Shown piece by piece: positions 13,607 through 27,541 of a stretch of 64,000 nt of DNA. A program made the position numbers and the translations under genes. Where the stretch lies: assembly GCA_964016885.1 (NCBI GenBank), contig OZ024740.1, positions 252,960,001-253,024,000 on the forward strand, given 5' to 3'. The stretch's first letter is position 1, and every line of letters starts with the position of its first letter. The notes below the pieces were generated by a model. It had not been told where the DNA came from. It saw only the letters and a list, made by a program, of their open reading frames with translations, and did no database searches. Source of the stretch: Eledone cirrhosa (Eukaryota).

Positions 13607-14383
13607 TCTATATTACTAAAACAGAGAATGTCTGTTTGTCTGTCTGTCTGACCAATCACTAAAACTCGAGAACCACCCAACCGATTGTTTTCAAACTTTA
13701 CACATGTAATACTTATGGTCCTATTCAAAATTTCAATGCCCTAGGCGATTTAGCGATCTCTTTCTCTCTCTCTTAGTCTTTCTCTTTTTAGATAGATACA
13801 TAGATATTACGTTGCGCCCTTATAATATCTGTCTGTATGCCTGGCTGTCTGCATTACGTCATTATGACGTGGTGTGTGTGTGTGTGTGTGTGTGTGTGTA
13901 GTGTGTAGTGTGTGTGTATATATATATTTGGTGTGTAACGTTTTTCGAAATATTTACTTCTCCGTTCACAGATTTATTATTTAGTTTCAGAAGATCCCGT
14001 TAAGGGTGAAAGCAGCGATTCTTTTCTGAAACTTTAATCTGTTATTTTAATATATATATATATATGTATATAAAAATATATATAATTATATATTCGTGTA
14101 CAGATATTTTTGCATACATATATAAAAAAAAGTATTTATTTCGCGATAAAGTATTGATTTCCTTCGAACGGAAAAAACCCTGGTAATGTACGACGCCAAA
14201 GGCCGAGGTATTCCGTACTTCTCTGTACTGTTATTTATATATTCGTGTACAAATATTTTTGCATACACAATAACAAAATATAAACAAACGTATTTACTTC
14301 ACGAGGCTCGAGAAGAATAAATATATATCAAATATATAAGAACCCTAGAGCAAATCCCGAGCAACGCCGGGCCATTCTGCTAG
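13607..14383 (+). mobile_element. Non-autonomous Helitron-type element
   Basis: 5' TC, (ctgt)n, aaaactcgagaaccacccaaccgat; 3' cccgagcaacgccggg..CTAG; A|T target. Confidence 0.85.
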
Positions 14384-14541
14384 TATATAATAAAATAAAT
14401 ATAGTTTTATGAAGATAGCTTCCATATATTAATATTATTGATATTATACTCCAGAAAAATCTAGTTGAGCGCTTCTAATCTGTTATAAAATAAATTTGTT
14501 GAATAATCAACACATTAAATAACTCATTGCTTATATATACA

Positions 14542-14596
<55 letters not shown>

Positions 14597-14650
14597 GGAA
14601 AAAATGAAACGAAATTTCATTTCTCACTCTTAGTACGGTTGTTACTTAAA

Positions 14651-15144
14651 TATAAGTATGTATACGTACATACATATATGTATACAGACGTACAGTAGTA
14701 TGTATATATATATATACATACATGCACACATATATACATGTACGTATGGATTCACCGAACATTTATTATAATGCTCGGTGTGTTTGTAAACAAACATCCC
14801 GAATTAAGCCTTACAGTGTCTAGCAACCATCGTTGCTCTTTTGTTCAACACTGACAAAGGAACGCTGTACTAGTTTCAAGTTTATTAGCTATCGTCAGCA
14901 ACGTATACCTTGCTGCCAGATGATTGAACGTCTGAAAGTATATACTTTCCTCATGCATATTAACGGCTGAACAGCCTAATTTGCATATCGAGTGAGTTAA
15001 TCGGCCGGGCGCAGTGTTGAACAAAAGAGCAACGATGGTTGCTAGACATTGTATGGTTTAATTCTGGATGTTTGTTTACAAACACGCCGAGCATTATAAT
15101 AAATGTTCGGTGAACCCATACGTACATGTATATATGTGTGCATG

Positions 15145-15206
<62 letters not shown>

Positions 15207-15252
15207 CATACTATTGTACGTCTGTATACATATATGTATGTACGTATACATA

Positions 15253-15258
<6 letters not shown>
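14651..15258. repeat. Inverted repeat (arms about 14651-14853 and 15012-15258)
   Basis: Diverged reverse-complement arms that include microsatellite sequence, with a spacer of about 160 bp. Confidence 0.8.
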
Positions 15259-15288
<30 letters not shown>

Positions 15289-15289
15289 G

Positions 15290-17340
15290 AAAATAAATCA
15301 AAGAAGCCTTCAATACATCAAAAGTCTTTATTAGCCAACAATGTTTCGTCCTATTAAGGACTCACCAGGGCAATTAAAGCTATAAGAAGTACTATCAGCC
15401 AATACAAGCCGAAAACTCAGAAGAATATGGAGTGTACATAGATTAAATCATAGGAAAATAATCGGGTAAAAATCATCAAGTAAAAAATTATCAAGTGCTA
15501 ATTGCTAAGGAAGTAAGTAACATTTTGAACCATATTACAAATATGAGCTAAAACAGAGGTGATGATATAGAGCGGGAATTATTGTACTATACATAATATA
15601 ATATAATATAATATAATATAATTAATAATGATAATAATAATAATGTTAAAAGGCCCAATATACATATATATATATATACATATGTACACACATATACATA
15701 TATATCAATACACATTTCCATCAATAGAAGCACAAACTAACCCTTATCAAGAGTTTAAATATAAATAATAATAATAATAATAAAAATAAAAATAAAAATA
15801 CAAATATAAATACAAATGAAAATAAAATTAAAATATGATGCATATAATATTTACAGTATAAAATGAAGAATAAATGATTAAAAGTAAGCATAAAATATAT
15901 AATAAACTATATAATTATATAATAATATAATAGATAATCTCCGGTTAATTTGCACAAACAATATAAATGTTACAATAACAACTAAAATCACAATATTATA
16001 ATATAATGGCATATAACTTAACAAATCATATAGATTTACAGTCAGGGTGAGAAAAAATATTGTACAGAACTAAATTATATTGGAAAAATTATGTTGGAAA
16101 TATATCAAAACCATTGCAAGAAAATAGATCAAATTTCTATACATTTGGTGTAAATAAATAAATATTATCCAAACATTACATGAATTATAAAAATGTCAAC
16201 ATATTACAGGATTTACAGAATTTAACATAACATAATGGTACATATAATAATTGGTAAATAATAATGATCAGTAGTATGTTTACAAAGAGTGGAATGATAT
16301 AAAATTTCAATATAAAATATTGAACATAGTATAATATACATAATTACATGGTTGGTGGAGAGCCGTTTGTGAATAAGAGAATGAGAGACAGACTACGCAC
16401 GGTAGTATATATAAATAAATACAATCAACCGGAAATCAAAAAGCAAAAACAAAAGTATTTACTTAGGTGTCGCATGCAGTTAAGTAAACAATTTAGGAAA
16501 CAAACCCGGATAAATGACTAGAAAACCCTATTAAATTAATTAATATTGAAAGTAAATAAAATACATAATAAGTCCATACAAATTTAGCTATGGTTTAAGT
16601 AATCAAAATCCCCTAATTTAAATATATCACTATAAAAATATATCTGGGAAAAATGAAATATTCAACTATCAGTTGAATAACGTTATCTAATAAACAGGCT
16701 TTAAATAGAGTTATGGTAGGCCAATGGGGACAGAAACAAGAAATGTATGGAGGATATGAAAGAGCATAAAATCATAATCAACATACTGTATTGTACAATA
16801 GAAAGGAGCATAAAAGGGAATTGGATATAATTATAGTATATTTGAAGGGGCGAGTGACAAGTAAGTATGTGTGTGTGTGGGGGGGGGGGGGGGGGTTAGT
16901 TATTCAAAGAAGAATCCAAATAAAATAAAATAAAATAGATTAATATAAAATAAAATAAAATATATAATCAGATATAAACTCATAAGGTGTTAATAGTGAA
17001 AATATAAAATTTAAGAAGATAGAAATGGTATGGTAGCCAAAAGATTATGAAAGCTATAATGAAAAGCTGTCAAAAGCCAATGATAAAAATGATGATAATG
17101 ATGGTGGTAAACATAATAAACCTTAACTAAAAGGTAAGGTAATGTAGCAGCTAATGGATACAATTTACACTACTAGAACTTTTAGGTTTATAATAAAAGT
17201 AAGAATTTGAAATGACGTGGGGGCAAGAAATTTATTTTCATAATTCTTCGGCTCTGTTTAATTACATTGAGCTATACCTTTACTGTCATTTCTATAATAC
17301 GAAGAGGGTGTTTAACTCCAACACACTCTAGTATTTCTAT
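15290..17340 (-). mobile_element. Probable PLE 3' fragment with hammerhead motif at 15334-15371
   Basis: Minus strand has LNRAEEL..SCPH (resembling a GIY-YIG C-terminus) near 17220-17260, a long AT-rich tract, then gcc-CTGGTGA-gtcct(taat)aggac-GAAA-cattg-TT-ggc and aataaa. Confidence 0.5.
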
Positions 17341-17341
17341 T

Positions 17342-17401
<60 letters not shown>

Positions 17402-17662
17402 ATCAAAAGATGGTTAAATGAGTTCCATGTATTTTATTATGCGCATTTCAAAAACAAATATCATCATGCAATAACATTTGTGTTTTCATCAGATAAAATA
17501 GGAGGACATGATATGAAGGTTAAAAAACACTTGTGGATAGTGCAGTTTTAAATCAACATATTTTGATCTTATATATTATGTATACTCCAGTCCTACAAAC
17601 TGTAGAGTGCTTCTTATCCGATATCTGCATTGCTTTATTGTACTACAATAAAACTCACCTCC

Positions 17663-17724
<62 letters not shown>

Positions 17725-17728
<4 letters not shown>

Positions 17729-17835
17729 TGATATTAATAAATGGAAACTATATTTATAAAACCATATTTATTCTATTATATATATTTCAAGGGTACTAAA
17801 ACTTTGGTACGCGCTCATCAGATAAAATACAGAGC
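17725..17835 (-). mobile_element. Family C pLTR fragment with hammerhead-like motif
   Basis: Minus strand attttat-CTGATGA-gcgcgtacc...gtaccctt-GAAA-tata-TA. Homologous to 13560-13606 joined to 14384-14450, and related to 19733-19799. Confidence 0.55.
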
Positions 17836-18144
17836 TTGTTTTATAAATATTGACATATCCAGGAATGAGACCTTTAACGGTTCAAGTTTTACCTGGATAG
17901 TAAAAGGAAAAAGGGGAAGAGGAAAAAACAAATATTTCAAATTCATCTTAATGATGAATAAGCAAATGAGGTTGAGACCGAAAAAAACCCCGTTATTTTT
18001 AGTCGGTAGGTAGATTATAAAAGTAATTTTGGATCATATATTCATGTTTTTTGGTGTCATTTAAATTACTGTGTGTGTGTGGGGGGGGGGGGGGGGGGGG
18101 GTTCGAGCTTGCCCCCGGACGCAAAATCCCTAGTTACGCCACTG

Positions 18145-19600
18145 CTCTCAACTCATCTATGCTTGGTCGTTCACGCCACACATTGACATTGCACAACCAA
18201 CGGGGCATGCTTGCTTCATTTCACTCCAGCTGTCGCATATCCTCTGCAGTTGCTGCCCATGTCTCACTACCATGCAGCATCGCGCATCTCACAAAGGCAT
18301 CATATAACCGTCCTTTCGTACGCAGGGAGAAACCCTTCTTTGTCAACAGAGGAAGCAGCTCCCTAAACTTCTTCCAACCCGTCCTTATTCTAGATAATAT
18401 GGCCTCGGCCCCCCCCCCCCCCCCCCATGCTAATTTGATCACCTAGGTACCGGAAGCTACCAACCACTTCTATAGAACCCACCTGCATTGGAAAAATGTG
18501 TCTATCACTGCGATTACTACTGCCAACTTTCCCTGTACATCTACTGCATACGTAGTTTTCCCTACCTGTTTGCCTGCTATCCCACTACATCTCTTGTGTA
18601 TCCAAGATCTGCATTGCGTACATTCTATAGAATTTATGCCAGTTCCTTTTCTATATATCGAACATGGCCATTTCCCTGATGGAATCAGAAACTTTCCTCT
18701 CTTCTACTTATCAACACTTTTGTCTTAGCTAGGTTCACTCTCAGTCCTCTTGCTTCCAACTGCTGTTTCCATAGCCAGAATTTATTCTCTTGCTTCTCTA
18801 CTCATTCTGCTATAAGAACCAGATCATCAGCATAGAGAAGTTTCCATGGGCAGCCAGTCTTAAACTCCTCTGTTATGGCTTGGAGGACAATAATGAACAA
18901 GAGCGGGCTGAGGACTGAACCCTGATGTACACCTACTTGTATCTGGAATTCCTCACTAAACTCCATTCCTACTCTCACTTTACTGACAGCACCTCTGTAC
19001 ATAGCTTGCACTCGCCTCACAACCCATTCCTCTACACATAGTTTCCTTAGGGACCACCAGATGTCAGATCCGGGTACCCTATCAAAGGCCTTCTCTAGGT
19101 CAACAAAGGCTAAGTATAGTGGCTTATTCTTCTCTAAGAACCTCTCTTAAGAACCCCCATTAAGAAGAGGGCATATGTTGTACTTTTCCAAGGCACAAAA
19201 CCAAATTGCATCTCGTCTAATTTGACCCTTTCTCTAATCAGTTGCACTAATATTCTCTCTGTCACTTTATGCCCCTATAATTGCTCCTCTCCAAAGCATC
19301 CCCTTTACCTTTGTAGCAATTTATGAGAATAATGCTGCATCAGTCTTTGGGTAGGACACCACCATATATAGCTTGATTGATGATGCGTGCAACCAGTTTA
19401 GTGCCTACTTCTCCTGATTCCTTCAGCATCTCAGCAACTATCCCCGACGATCTAGCAGCCTTACCATTTTTCATTTCCTTAATTGTCTCTTGGACCCTAT
19501 ATTCGTCAATCTCAATAGCTGGTCTCTTTGTCGGGTCTACGGGGGGTGATTTCTCTCTCTCCCATTCGTTCTCCACATTCATCAGTCTCTCATAATGACA
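18145..19600 (-). mobile_element. RTE LINE fragment (RT region)
   Basis: VGVHQGSVLSPLLF..LLYADDLVL and GSETW. Same family as 1307-4292. Confidence 0.9.
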
Positions 19601-19614
19601 TATATATATATATA

Positions 19615-19940
19615 AATTCAAAATATGAACAAATATAGACATTCGTATGATCAAGTATATTTTAGTATACATATTTCAGAGGTACTGAGCTATCTTCAAT
19701 AGTACGTCCTCATCAGATAAAATAAGATATCTTATTTTATCTGATGAGGACGTAGTATTGAAGATAGCTCAGTACCTCTGAAATATGTATAATAAAATAT
19801 TTTTGATCACACGAATGTCTATATTTGTTAATATTTTGAATTAATATTAATAACTCCGGAAAACCACAACTGTGGAGTGCTTCTAATCTATTGTAAAACT
19901 TTATTCATTAATTTATTCATTGAACCTTGTTTAACCTTTA
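19615..19940. mobile_element. Foldback cassette, family C, with hammerhead motifs on both strands
   Basis: Loop-less palindrome 19615-19842 centred on gatatc (19726-19731). Tail 19843-19940. (TA)n flanks. Motif tattttat-CTGATGA...GAAA-tatgta-TA-ataaaata at 19733-19799. Confidence 0.8.
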
Positions 19941-20039
19941 AATATATATATATAACAGCTTTCACCATATTTTTGACTAAAGGAATTTTAGCCTGATAAT
20001 GGGGTTTAGAACCCTCAGATAAATGGAAAAAGATGAGTA

Positions 20040-20105
20040 CGTACATGGGAGTCGAACCCACATCTTTGGTTATCGCGACCACTGTGCTACCATTACACCA
20101 ACACA
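20040..20105 (-). other. tRNA-like Pol III head (SINE head or tRNA pseudogene)
   Basis: Minus strand: tggtgtaatggtagca (A box) ... gggttcgactccc (B box and T arm). Anticodon arm is poorly formed. Confidence 0.55.
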
Positions 20106-21551
20106 TCACCCATCTCGTTCCATTCAAATTAGAAGCTACATTCTTAGCGAGTTTAAATGGCAAGTAAGTAAGTTTTGAAACAGTGACCAGGTTTGAAATT
20201 AAAAAATAGAATAGCTTTCACCGTATTTTTGACTAAAGGAATTTTAGCGAGTTTAAATGGCAAGAAAGTTATTCTATTTTCTAATTTCAAACCTGCTCAC
20301 TGTTTCAAAACATACTTACTTGCCATTTAAACTCGCTAAGAATATAGCTTCTAATGTGATTCGTGAGCGTCGAGCGTTGAAGTGGAATTTATACTTAGCT
20401 TGGAGTCACCATTATGCACGTCACATCTGACGCCATAATGCGGTGAGAAGGCTGTGAGTTCGAATCATGTCGGACGTTAGAGACATCGATGAATCGTGAA
20501 GTTTTGTGAAGCAGTGAAAATTTGTAAGCAATGACAGTTGAAGATTTGTAAGCGTTGACAGTTGAAGTGTTGCATTAACTCGGGTCACCGTTTGTAGGGA
20601 GAAGGCTGTTGTTGTCTCGATTCTCGGGGTCACCAATTGTAGCAGATAGTGCCGGTCACCAATTGTAGTGGATAGTGAGAAGGCTGTGTGTTCGTTTCTC
20701 GGAGTCACCAGTTGTAGCGGATAAGTGATATTCTTTGTATGGTAGTTTGATGAAAAGAGTGATGCCATGATCGAGTTGTTAACAATTTTATAACAATTTT
20801 ATAACAATTTTATAACAATTTTATAACAATATTCCCTTTGAACATCAGGTAATAATATCTATGACATGAATTATCCCTACATTATTTAGTTGACTAACTT
20901 CTACGAGTTAGCGTAAATTCATGTATCACAGAACACGATATAGTAAACGTTGTGTTGTATCTTACAGATACAATATGACAGGAAGAATAGAATGAGCGTA
21001 GAATGTAATCAAATCAAACTTACTATGTGTGCGTGTGTCTATTCTTAGAGACTGCTACTTCATGTCTGGCTGTCTGACTGTGTCTGTGGCCGATAAGGTG
21101 AGAGCCAGTAAGGGCCAGGAGAGAGAAAGGGTAAAAGGTTTGTTGATGCCTGCATGACTGGTGCTTCGAGTCTGTCTGTGTCTGTGGCCAAGAAGGTGAT
21201 AACCAGAGAGGCCAGGAGAGAGAGATAGAGTGAAAGGTCTGCTACATCGTGAACCTTAACACGGACTGCTTGCTTCGGTATCTCTGGCCCTTAGATTCCT
21301 TAACTCCTTGTATTTATAATAGTGCTATAGTTAGAAGGATGTGTATTAGAGGTTGATTTATGATCAGCCATATGGATATCGTCTCCCCGGAAGCCGGGAT
21401 CAGAGGTCACGTGTTATGTTCGTTTATCATCGTTGACTTGGCAGAACAATTGTGGGAAATTCCCTACAATGGGTGATCTCAGATGCAAGACCTCTTAGAT
21501 TTGGTTTCGAATCTTCGCCGGGTAATTTATAGAATTCCGTTATAAACTTTT

Positions 21552-23562
21552 GTGGGTGGGAAATGGGCTGGCTGGATAGTAATTATGTTAGCAGAAAAAT
21601 GGGTAGATAAAGTAATTGCTGTAAATAGAGTAAATGACAGAATAATCAAAATAAGACTAGTCCTAAATAGAACTACTGAGACAATAATATCCGCTTATGC
21701 ACCTCAATCAGGCCTACCTGACGTTATAAAAGACAGCTTCTAAGAGTCGCTAATGCTCACTACCTTCCAAATAACCGACAGTGACTGCATAATTATTGCT
21801 GGCAACCTAAAGGGTCATGTTGAACAACATTGTGATGGCTATGACGGAGTCCATGGAGGCTATGGGTTTGGTACTAGAAATGAGGAAGGCTTCAGAATCC
21901 TGGAATTCTGTGACGCTAATAACCTAACTATCTGTAACACAAACTTAATAGCCATGGCGAAAGAGGTTGTATGGTGGACGCGTCTGAAAGGACTGAGGTC
22001 AGGCACCTTTCTCTCTGGCCAACAACTGGTCCGTTTCTTCCGATATCATTTCGGAAGAAGGATCAGGATGGAGAGAGAGGTGCTGCACCCCAGCCGTTTC
22101 TATGAAAGATGGGTGAAAGTGGCGAGAATGGCCCGTGGGAATGGGCCTTCACTCTACATCAGACTATAGGTGAGGAAGATGAAAGACCAAGGGAGCACCC
22201 CTTCTCTGTGCTCCTGAGGAGAAGGGTTGCACACTTTTTTCGGGGGTGTGTGCGACCCCCCAAGGCGCCTCCTCTCTATTGAGGACTTTGTTATAAATTT
22301 TATTTTTTGTTATATTTTATTTTATTTTTATATATTGTTATTGCCTCCTCCTTATTGAGGACGTCTTTTTATGTAAACTCCCCCCGTTGTACTTGTCCCA
22401 CTTTTGATGCCCTGGTGGCAAATAAAAGAAACATATCTGTAACACAAACTTCAAAAAACGAGACAATCACTTGATCACCTAAAGATCAGGGGAATACGCC
22501 AGCTAGATAGATTATATCCTTACTAGAAGACGTGACAGAGTGTCTGTTGTAAACACTAAATCCCTCTCCCGTGAAGAATGCACCTCCCAATATAGCCTCA
22601 TAGTTAGTGACCTCATAGTCAGGACTATACGTACTCGACGACAGAGGAGGACTGCCCTGAGGAGAAGAATATGGAAGTTGAAGGACCCCACAGCCAGTAA
22701 CGAATTTGAAAGCATATTACTTGATGCTTTTGACAGTAAGGAAGAGCAATTAGAGATGTATAATATAGAGAAACAGTGGGAATTCTTAAACGTTAACCTG
22801 CTGAAGGCGACAGATGAAATCTGTGGCTGGAGCAGACCTATAGGCAGGAGGAGAGTAAATTGGAGGTGGAACAGTAAGGTGGAGGAGATAGTCAAGACCA
22901 AAAAGCAGGCTTGGAAAGGGAAGTAGAGAACACTATCAAGTGGCCAGGAGAGAAGCTAGGAGACAAGTGTACTTTGCAAGAAGGGAAGCAGAGGATAGAA
23001 AGTTCAAGCATGTTCTACAATGCGAGGACCAAAAACGTGGTGTTCAGGATTGCAAGACAATATCTCAAGGAAAACCGTGATATTGTCTGGGAGAAGTGTG
23101 TCCGTAATGATGATGGTGTATTGCCCTCACTGATACTGATAAGAAGGTAGCTTGAGAGTGTCAATACGAGAGACTACTAAATGAGGAGAATAAATGGGAA
23201 AAAGATAGTCTGCCCCAAATAGATCCAATAGAGGGAGCAGCGGTGCAAGTTAAAGGTAGTATAATAAGTAAGGCAATCAAAGATATGAAGACAGGCAAGG
23301 CAGAAGGGCCTTCGGAGATAGTTGCTGAGATGTTGAAAGCATCTGGAATGGTGGGACATACTATGGTCACCCGGATAGTAAACCAAGTAATACAGAATGG
23401 GCTCATACCAAATGACTGGCGTAGCAGCAGCATCATTAACTGCTACAAGGGTAAAGGAGATTCTCTAGATAGGGGAAACTATAGAGGTATTAAATTAGTT
23501 GAACAGGTCATGAAGGGCACATAGTTATAGCACAACTAATCAGAGATCGAATTGAACTAGAT
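21552..23562 (+). mobile_element. RTE LINE fragment (APE to RT N-terminus), interrupted at 21947-22433
   Basis: IISAYAPQ, GYGFGTRNEEG.RILEFC, IDYIL, NYRGIKLVE. Confidence 0.9.
21947..22433 (+). mobile_element. 5'-truncated L1/Tx1-like LINE 3' end with 18-bp TSD
   Basis: TSD tatctgtaacacaaactt at 21929-21946 and 22434-22451. Peptide IAMAKEVVWWTR...FYERW, then a 3' UTR with aataaa. Confidence 0.75.
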
Positions 23563-23994
23563 TAAATGTTCTCAACGGGGGGGGGGGGACGTTATGCAGT
23601 AAGGAGGTGTTAGGGGGCGTTATGCAGTAAGGGGGTGTTAGGGGGGCGTTAACCAGTAAGGGGGCGTTTGAAACTTTGAGGGCGCTAGAAGCCCCTTTAG
23701 TTTGGTAAGGTTTATAGTCATATTTGTACGTCTCTTAGACAGTCAGTGATTTGAATGAAGAAAACGAAGAAAATAAATAAAAGAAGCTTGTCAACGAATT
23801 CCCTAGGGAGATAAAAGAAAATCAAAAGAAGTCAAAGAGAATGAAAGTAAGGACTCCTTCAACAGAAATGACAAGAAGAAGCAATGGTGGTGAACATACA
23901 CACACATACATCCATACACACACACACATATATATATACACATACATACACACACACAGGCCGGCGTTAGTGTTTGATGAGGTTGAGAACCCGG
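23563..23994. mobile_element. hAT-type MITE remnant
   Basis: Imperfect TIRs gttctcaac / gttgagaac with subterminal ggggcgtt repeats. Confidence 0.5.
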
Positions 23995-24148
23995 TCAACT
24001 TTCAGCCAGAGGTGTGGTATTTAAACTCCCTAGGTAATAAAATCTGGCGACAAAATGTTCTCCTTACCAAAAAAAGAAGACATAGATCATATCAACATCC
24101 TTACACATTTAAATATAAATGTATGTATATATGTATGTATGTATGTAG

Positions 24149-24196
<48 letters not shown>

Positions 24197-24217
24197 CTAC
24201 ATACATACATACATATA

Positions 24218-24265
<48 letters not shown>

Positions 24266-24276
24266 ATATATATATT

Positions 24277-24312
<36 letters not shown>

Positions 24313-24319
24313 GCAGTGT

Positions 24320-24500
24320 GACAAGAAGCTTGTTTCCCAACCACATATTTCCGGGTTCAGTCCCACTGCCCGGGCCGACCAAAGCCCTGTGAGTGGATTT
24401 GATAGATCGAAACTAAAAGAAGCCCGTCGTATATATGTGTGTCTTTGCGTTTGTGTTTGCCCTCCCACCAATGCTTGTTGGTTTGTTGACGTCCCCATAA
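24320..24500 (+). mobile_element. SINE fragment (second family, Octopus-like)
   Basis: aagaagcttgtttcccaaccac..ccgggttcagtcccactgc..gggccgaccaaagcc.tgtgagtggatttg..gaagcccgtcgtatat. Confidence 0.7.
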
Positions 24501-24714
24501 CATACCAAGGTGATGCTCCAGCATGGGCGTAGTCGAGAGACAGAAAAAAAGTAAAATATATATGTGTGCAGAAGAGGGGTCTCAAACTCAAGGACACAAA
24601 AGGGTTATTACGTCCTGGAGGAGAGGCACAGTGGGCCAAGCGTGGTGGTGGGTGAAAATTTTCACCAGTTATAATCATTTCTACTATAGGAACAAGGCAT
24701 GGAATTTGGGGTTT

Positions 24715-24885
24715 AGGGTTCGATTGCATCGATCCTAGTACACAACTGATACTTAATTCATCGACCCCAAAAGGATGTAAGGCAAAGTTGAGATCGCCGG
24801 AATTTGAACTCAGAACGTAAAAACGGAAGAAGTACCGTTAAGCATTTCGCCAGATGTACTAACGACTCCACCATCTCACCGCCTT
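24715..24885 (-). mobile_element. Diverged S1-type SINE
   Basis: Reverse complement of the S1 core (tcgacccc..aaggatg..aggcaaagttg..atttgaactcag). Confidence 0.7.
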
Positions 24886-24978
24886 ATTTTCACCTGTTAT
24901 AATGCGATATGAAATATTGGTTCTACCACGGGCCACAGATAAGTAGTTCGCGGGCCGCATGTGTGAGCCCCCTGTTGG

Positions 24979-25014
<36 letters not shown>

Positions 25015-25068
25015 GTGTACCAAACACACACACATTTCTTACTCTCTCTGTCCCTCCCTCTTTCTCTC

Positions 25069-25732
<664 letters not shown>

Positions 25733-25915
25733 ATAGATAGATATATATATAGGTAAATATACACGGGTGTGTATGATTGTGTATAGAAGATTATATTAAT
25801 AAGAGGAATTCCAACTTTGTCTGATTTACTCGTTTTATTTACAATCCTTTAAAATATATATAATATGGTATTATAATGAAATAGTATGATAGAATATTAA
25901 ATTCTAAGTGTTAAT

Positions 25916-25954
25916 TGAACAAGTACTTTCATGCTTTCGCAATCTTCAGATTCA
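25916..25954 (-). ncRNA. Minimal hammerhead ribozyme motif (family D, antisense copy)
   Basis: Mirror of 26057-26095 with one C>T change that gives a U-G pair in stem I. Confidence 0.7.
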
Positions 25955-26056
25955 TGATATGTGGTGACAGTCGAGTTTGCAATTTTCAACTGTGAAAATT
26001 TCACAGTTGAAAATTTCACAGTTGAAAATTGCAAACTCGACTGTCACCACATATCA

Positions 26057-26095
26057 TGAACCTGAAGATTGCGAAAGCATGAAAGTACTTGTTCA
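26057..26095 (+). ncRNA. Minimal hammerhead ribozyme motif (family D)
   Basis: tgaac-CTGAAGA-ttgc(gaaa)gcat-GAAA-gtac-TT-gttca: palindromic stem III, GNRA-capped stem II. Confidence 0.75.
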
Positions 26096-26211
26096 ATTAA
26101 CACTTAGAATTTAATATTCTATCATACTATTTCATTATAATACCATATTATATATATTTTAAAGGATTGTAAATAAAACGAGTAAATCAGACAAAGTTGG
26201 AATTCCTCTTA

Positions 26212-26334
<123 letters not shown>

Positions 26335-27541
26335 ATCATTGTTATTTGGCGTTGTTGAAAGGAGCAGTGGCCTTTGACCTGGCAATAAAAAACTGTAGAC
26401 AAAATTATTTCTGTACCCAAACCAAGGCGCGCACACACACACGTTTGTGTGTGTGTTTGTGTGTGTGTGTGTGCGTGCGGGTTTATGTGTGTTTGTGTGT
26501 GTCTGTGTATCTATATATAAGGGATACAAATACTACTTTCTCACTGTCTCCAAACTTCTCAATTCATTCGTTGCTAAGTATTTTATTTTGCTACGAGGTA
26601 TTTTATTTTGCATGGTACTATTTTTCCCCTGAGTTTGTGATTTCAGAGAAAGGTAAGAAATACTTCATATTTTACATGTTTTGTATTTTGACTTTACAGT
26701 TTGAATTGTAGAATTGTTTATCCAATCAAAATATTACAACAGCTAACAGTGAAATATAGAATTTAAAAAAAAAAGCTTTTTCGACTGAAATCAAGTATTT
26801 GAGAACATTCACGTCTATTTTTCAAAAATATATAATTTGAAATAGTTTGCTTTTGTTTTGGACTGAAACTTTTTTTTAATTTAATTCGTACGAATATTTT
26901 TTAAAGATCTTTTAAAAGATTTTAACATAACTTGATTTGGCCCTGTGGTAATGAATGAATCCTAGTTGGATTGTTTATCAATATAAACGTGAGGGAAAGT
27001 CCCTCGTCTATTTACAATTTTTGTAAGTGAGAGGATACGTACTCCATAGAATTATAACAAGTGAGTGGGTGTGTGCGTAGACAAGACAATAACCACAACG
27101 AGAGTTATATTCGACAATGTAAATAATGGTGATGTTTATTTTGTCTATCATGTGTTTATTATATTACAAATGAACCAACATACCAATATAGACGTGATCC
27201 AGTTGTAGTGAAGGCAACGTATTACTATTACAAAGGCCGTGTGCTGTTTGCTGTCTCCGTGACTTGTCTGTTGTTTCGTGGTACAGAGGCCGTCTGCTGT
27301 TTGCTGTCTGCTGTTCCCGTGGCTGTCTGCTGCTTACTTAAAAGGTGTTCTCAACCAGAGGGAGACAACTAGGCCTGGTCCATTATCCGACAGTGGGCGT
27401 AAGGCGTCTTACTACAGTATCCCCTGCCAGATTTTCAAATCATCGAAAATCGATGTTATTACTCACACGTGGAGTAAGATGGCGAACAATGCAAGAGGGG
27501 GGAGCTATTCGCTCTACCAATCGTTAAATCCAGAATAAGGA

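Noticed and set aside
20040-20105. Functional tRNA gene
   Set aside because: A and B boxes are present but the acceptor and anticodon stems are poor.
20357-21550. Possible solo LTR (short tandem and about 100-bp direct repeats)
   Set aside because: I could not define termini, TSD, PBS or PPT.
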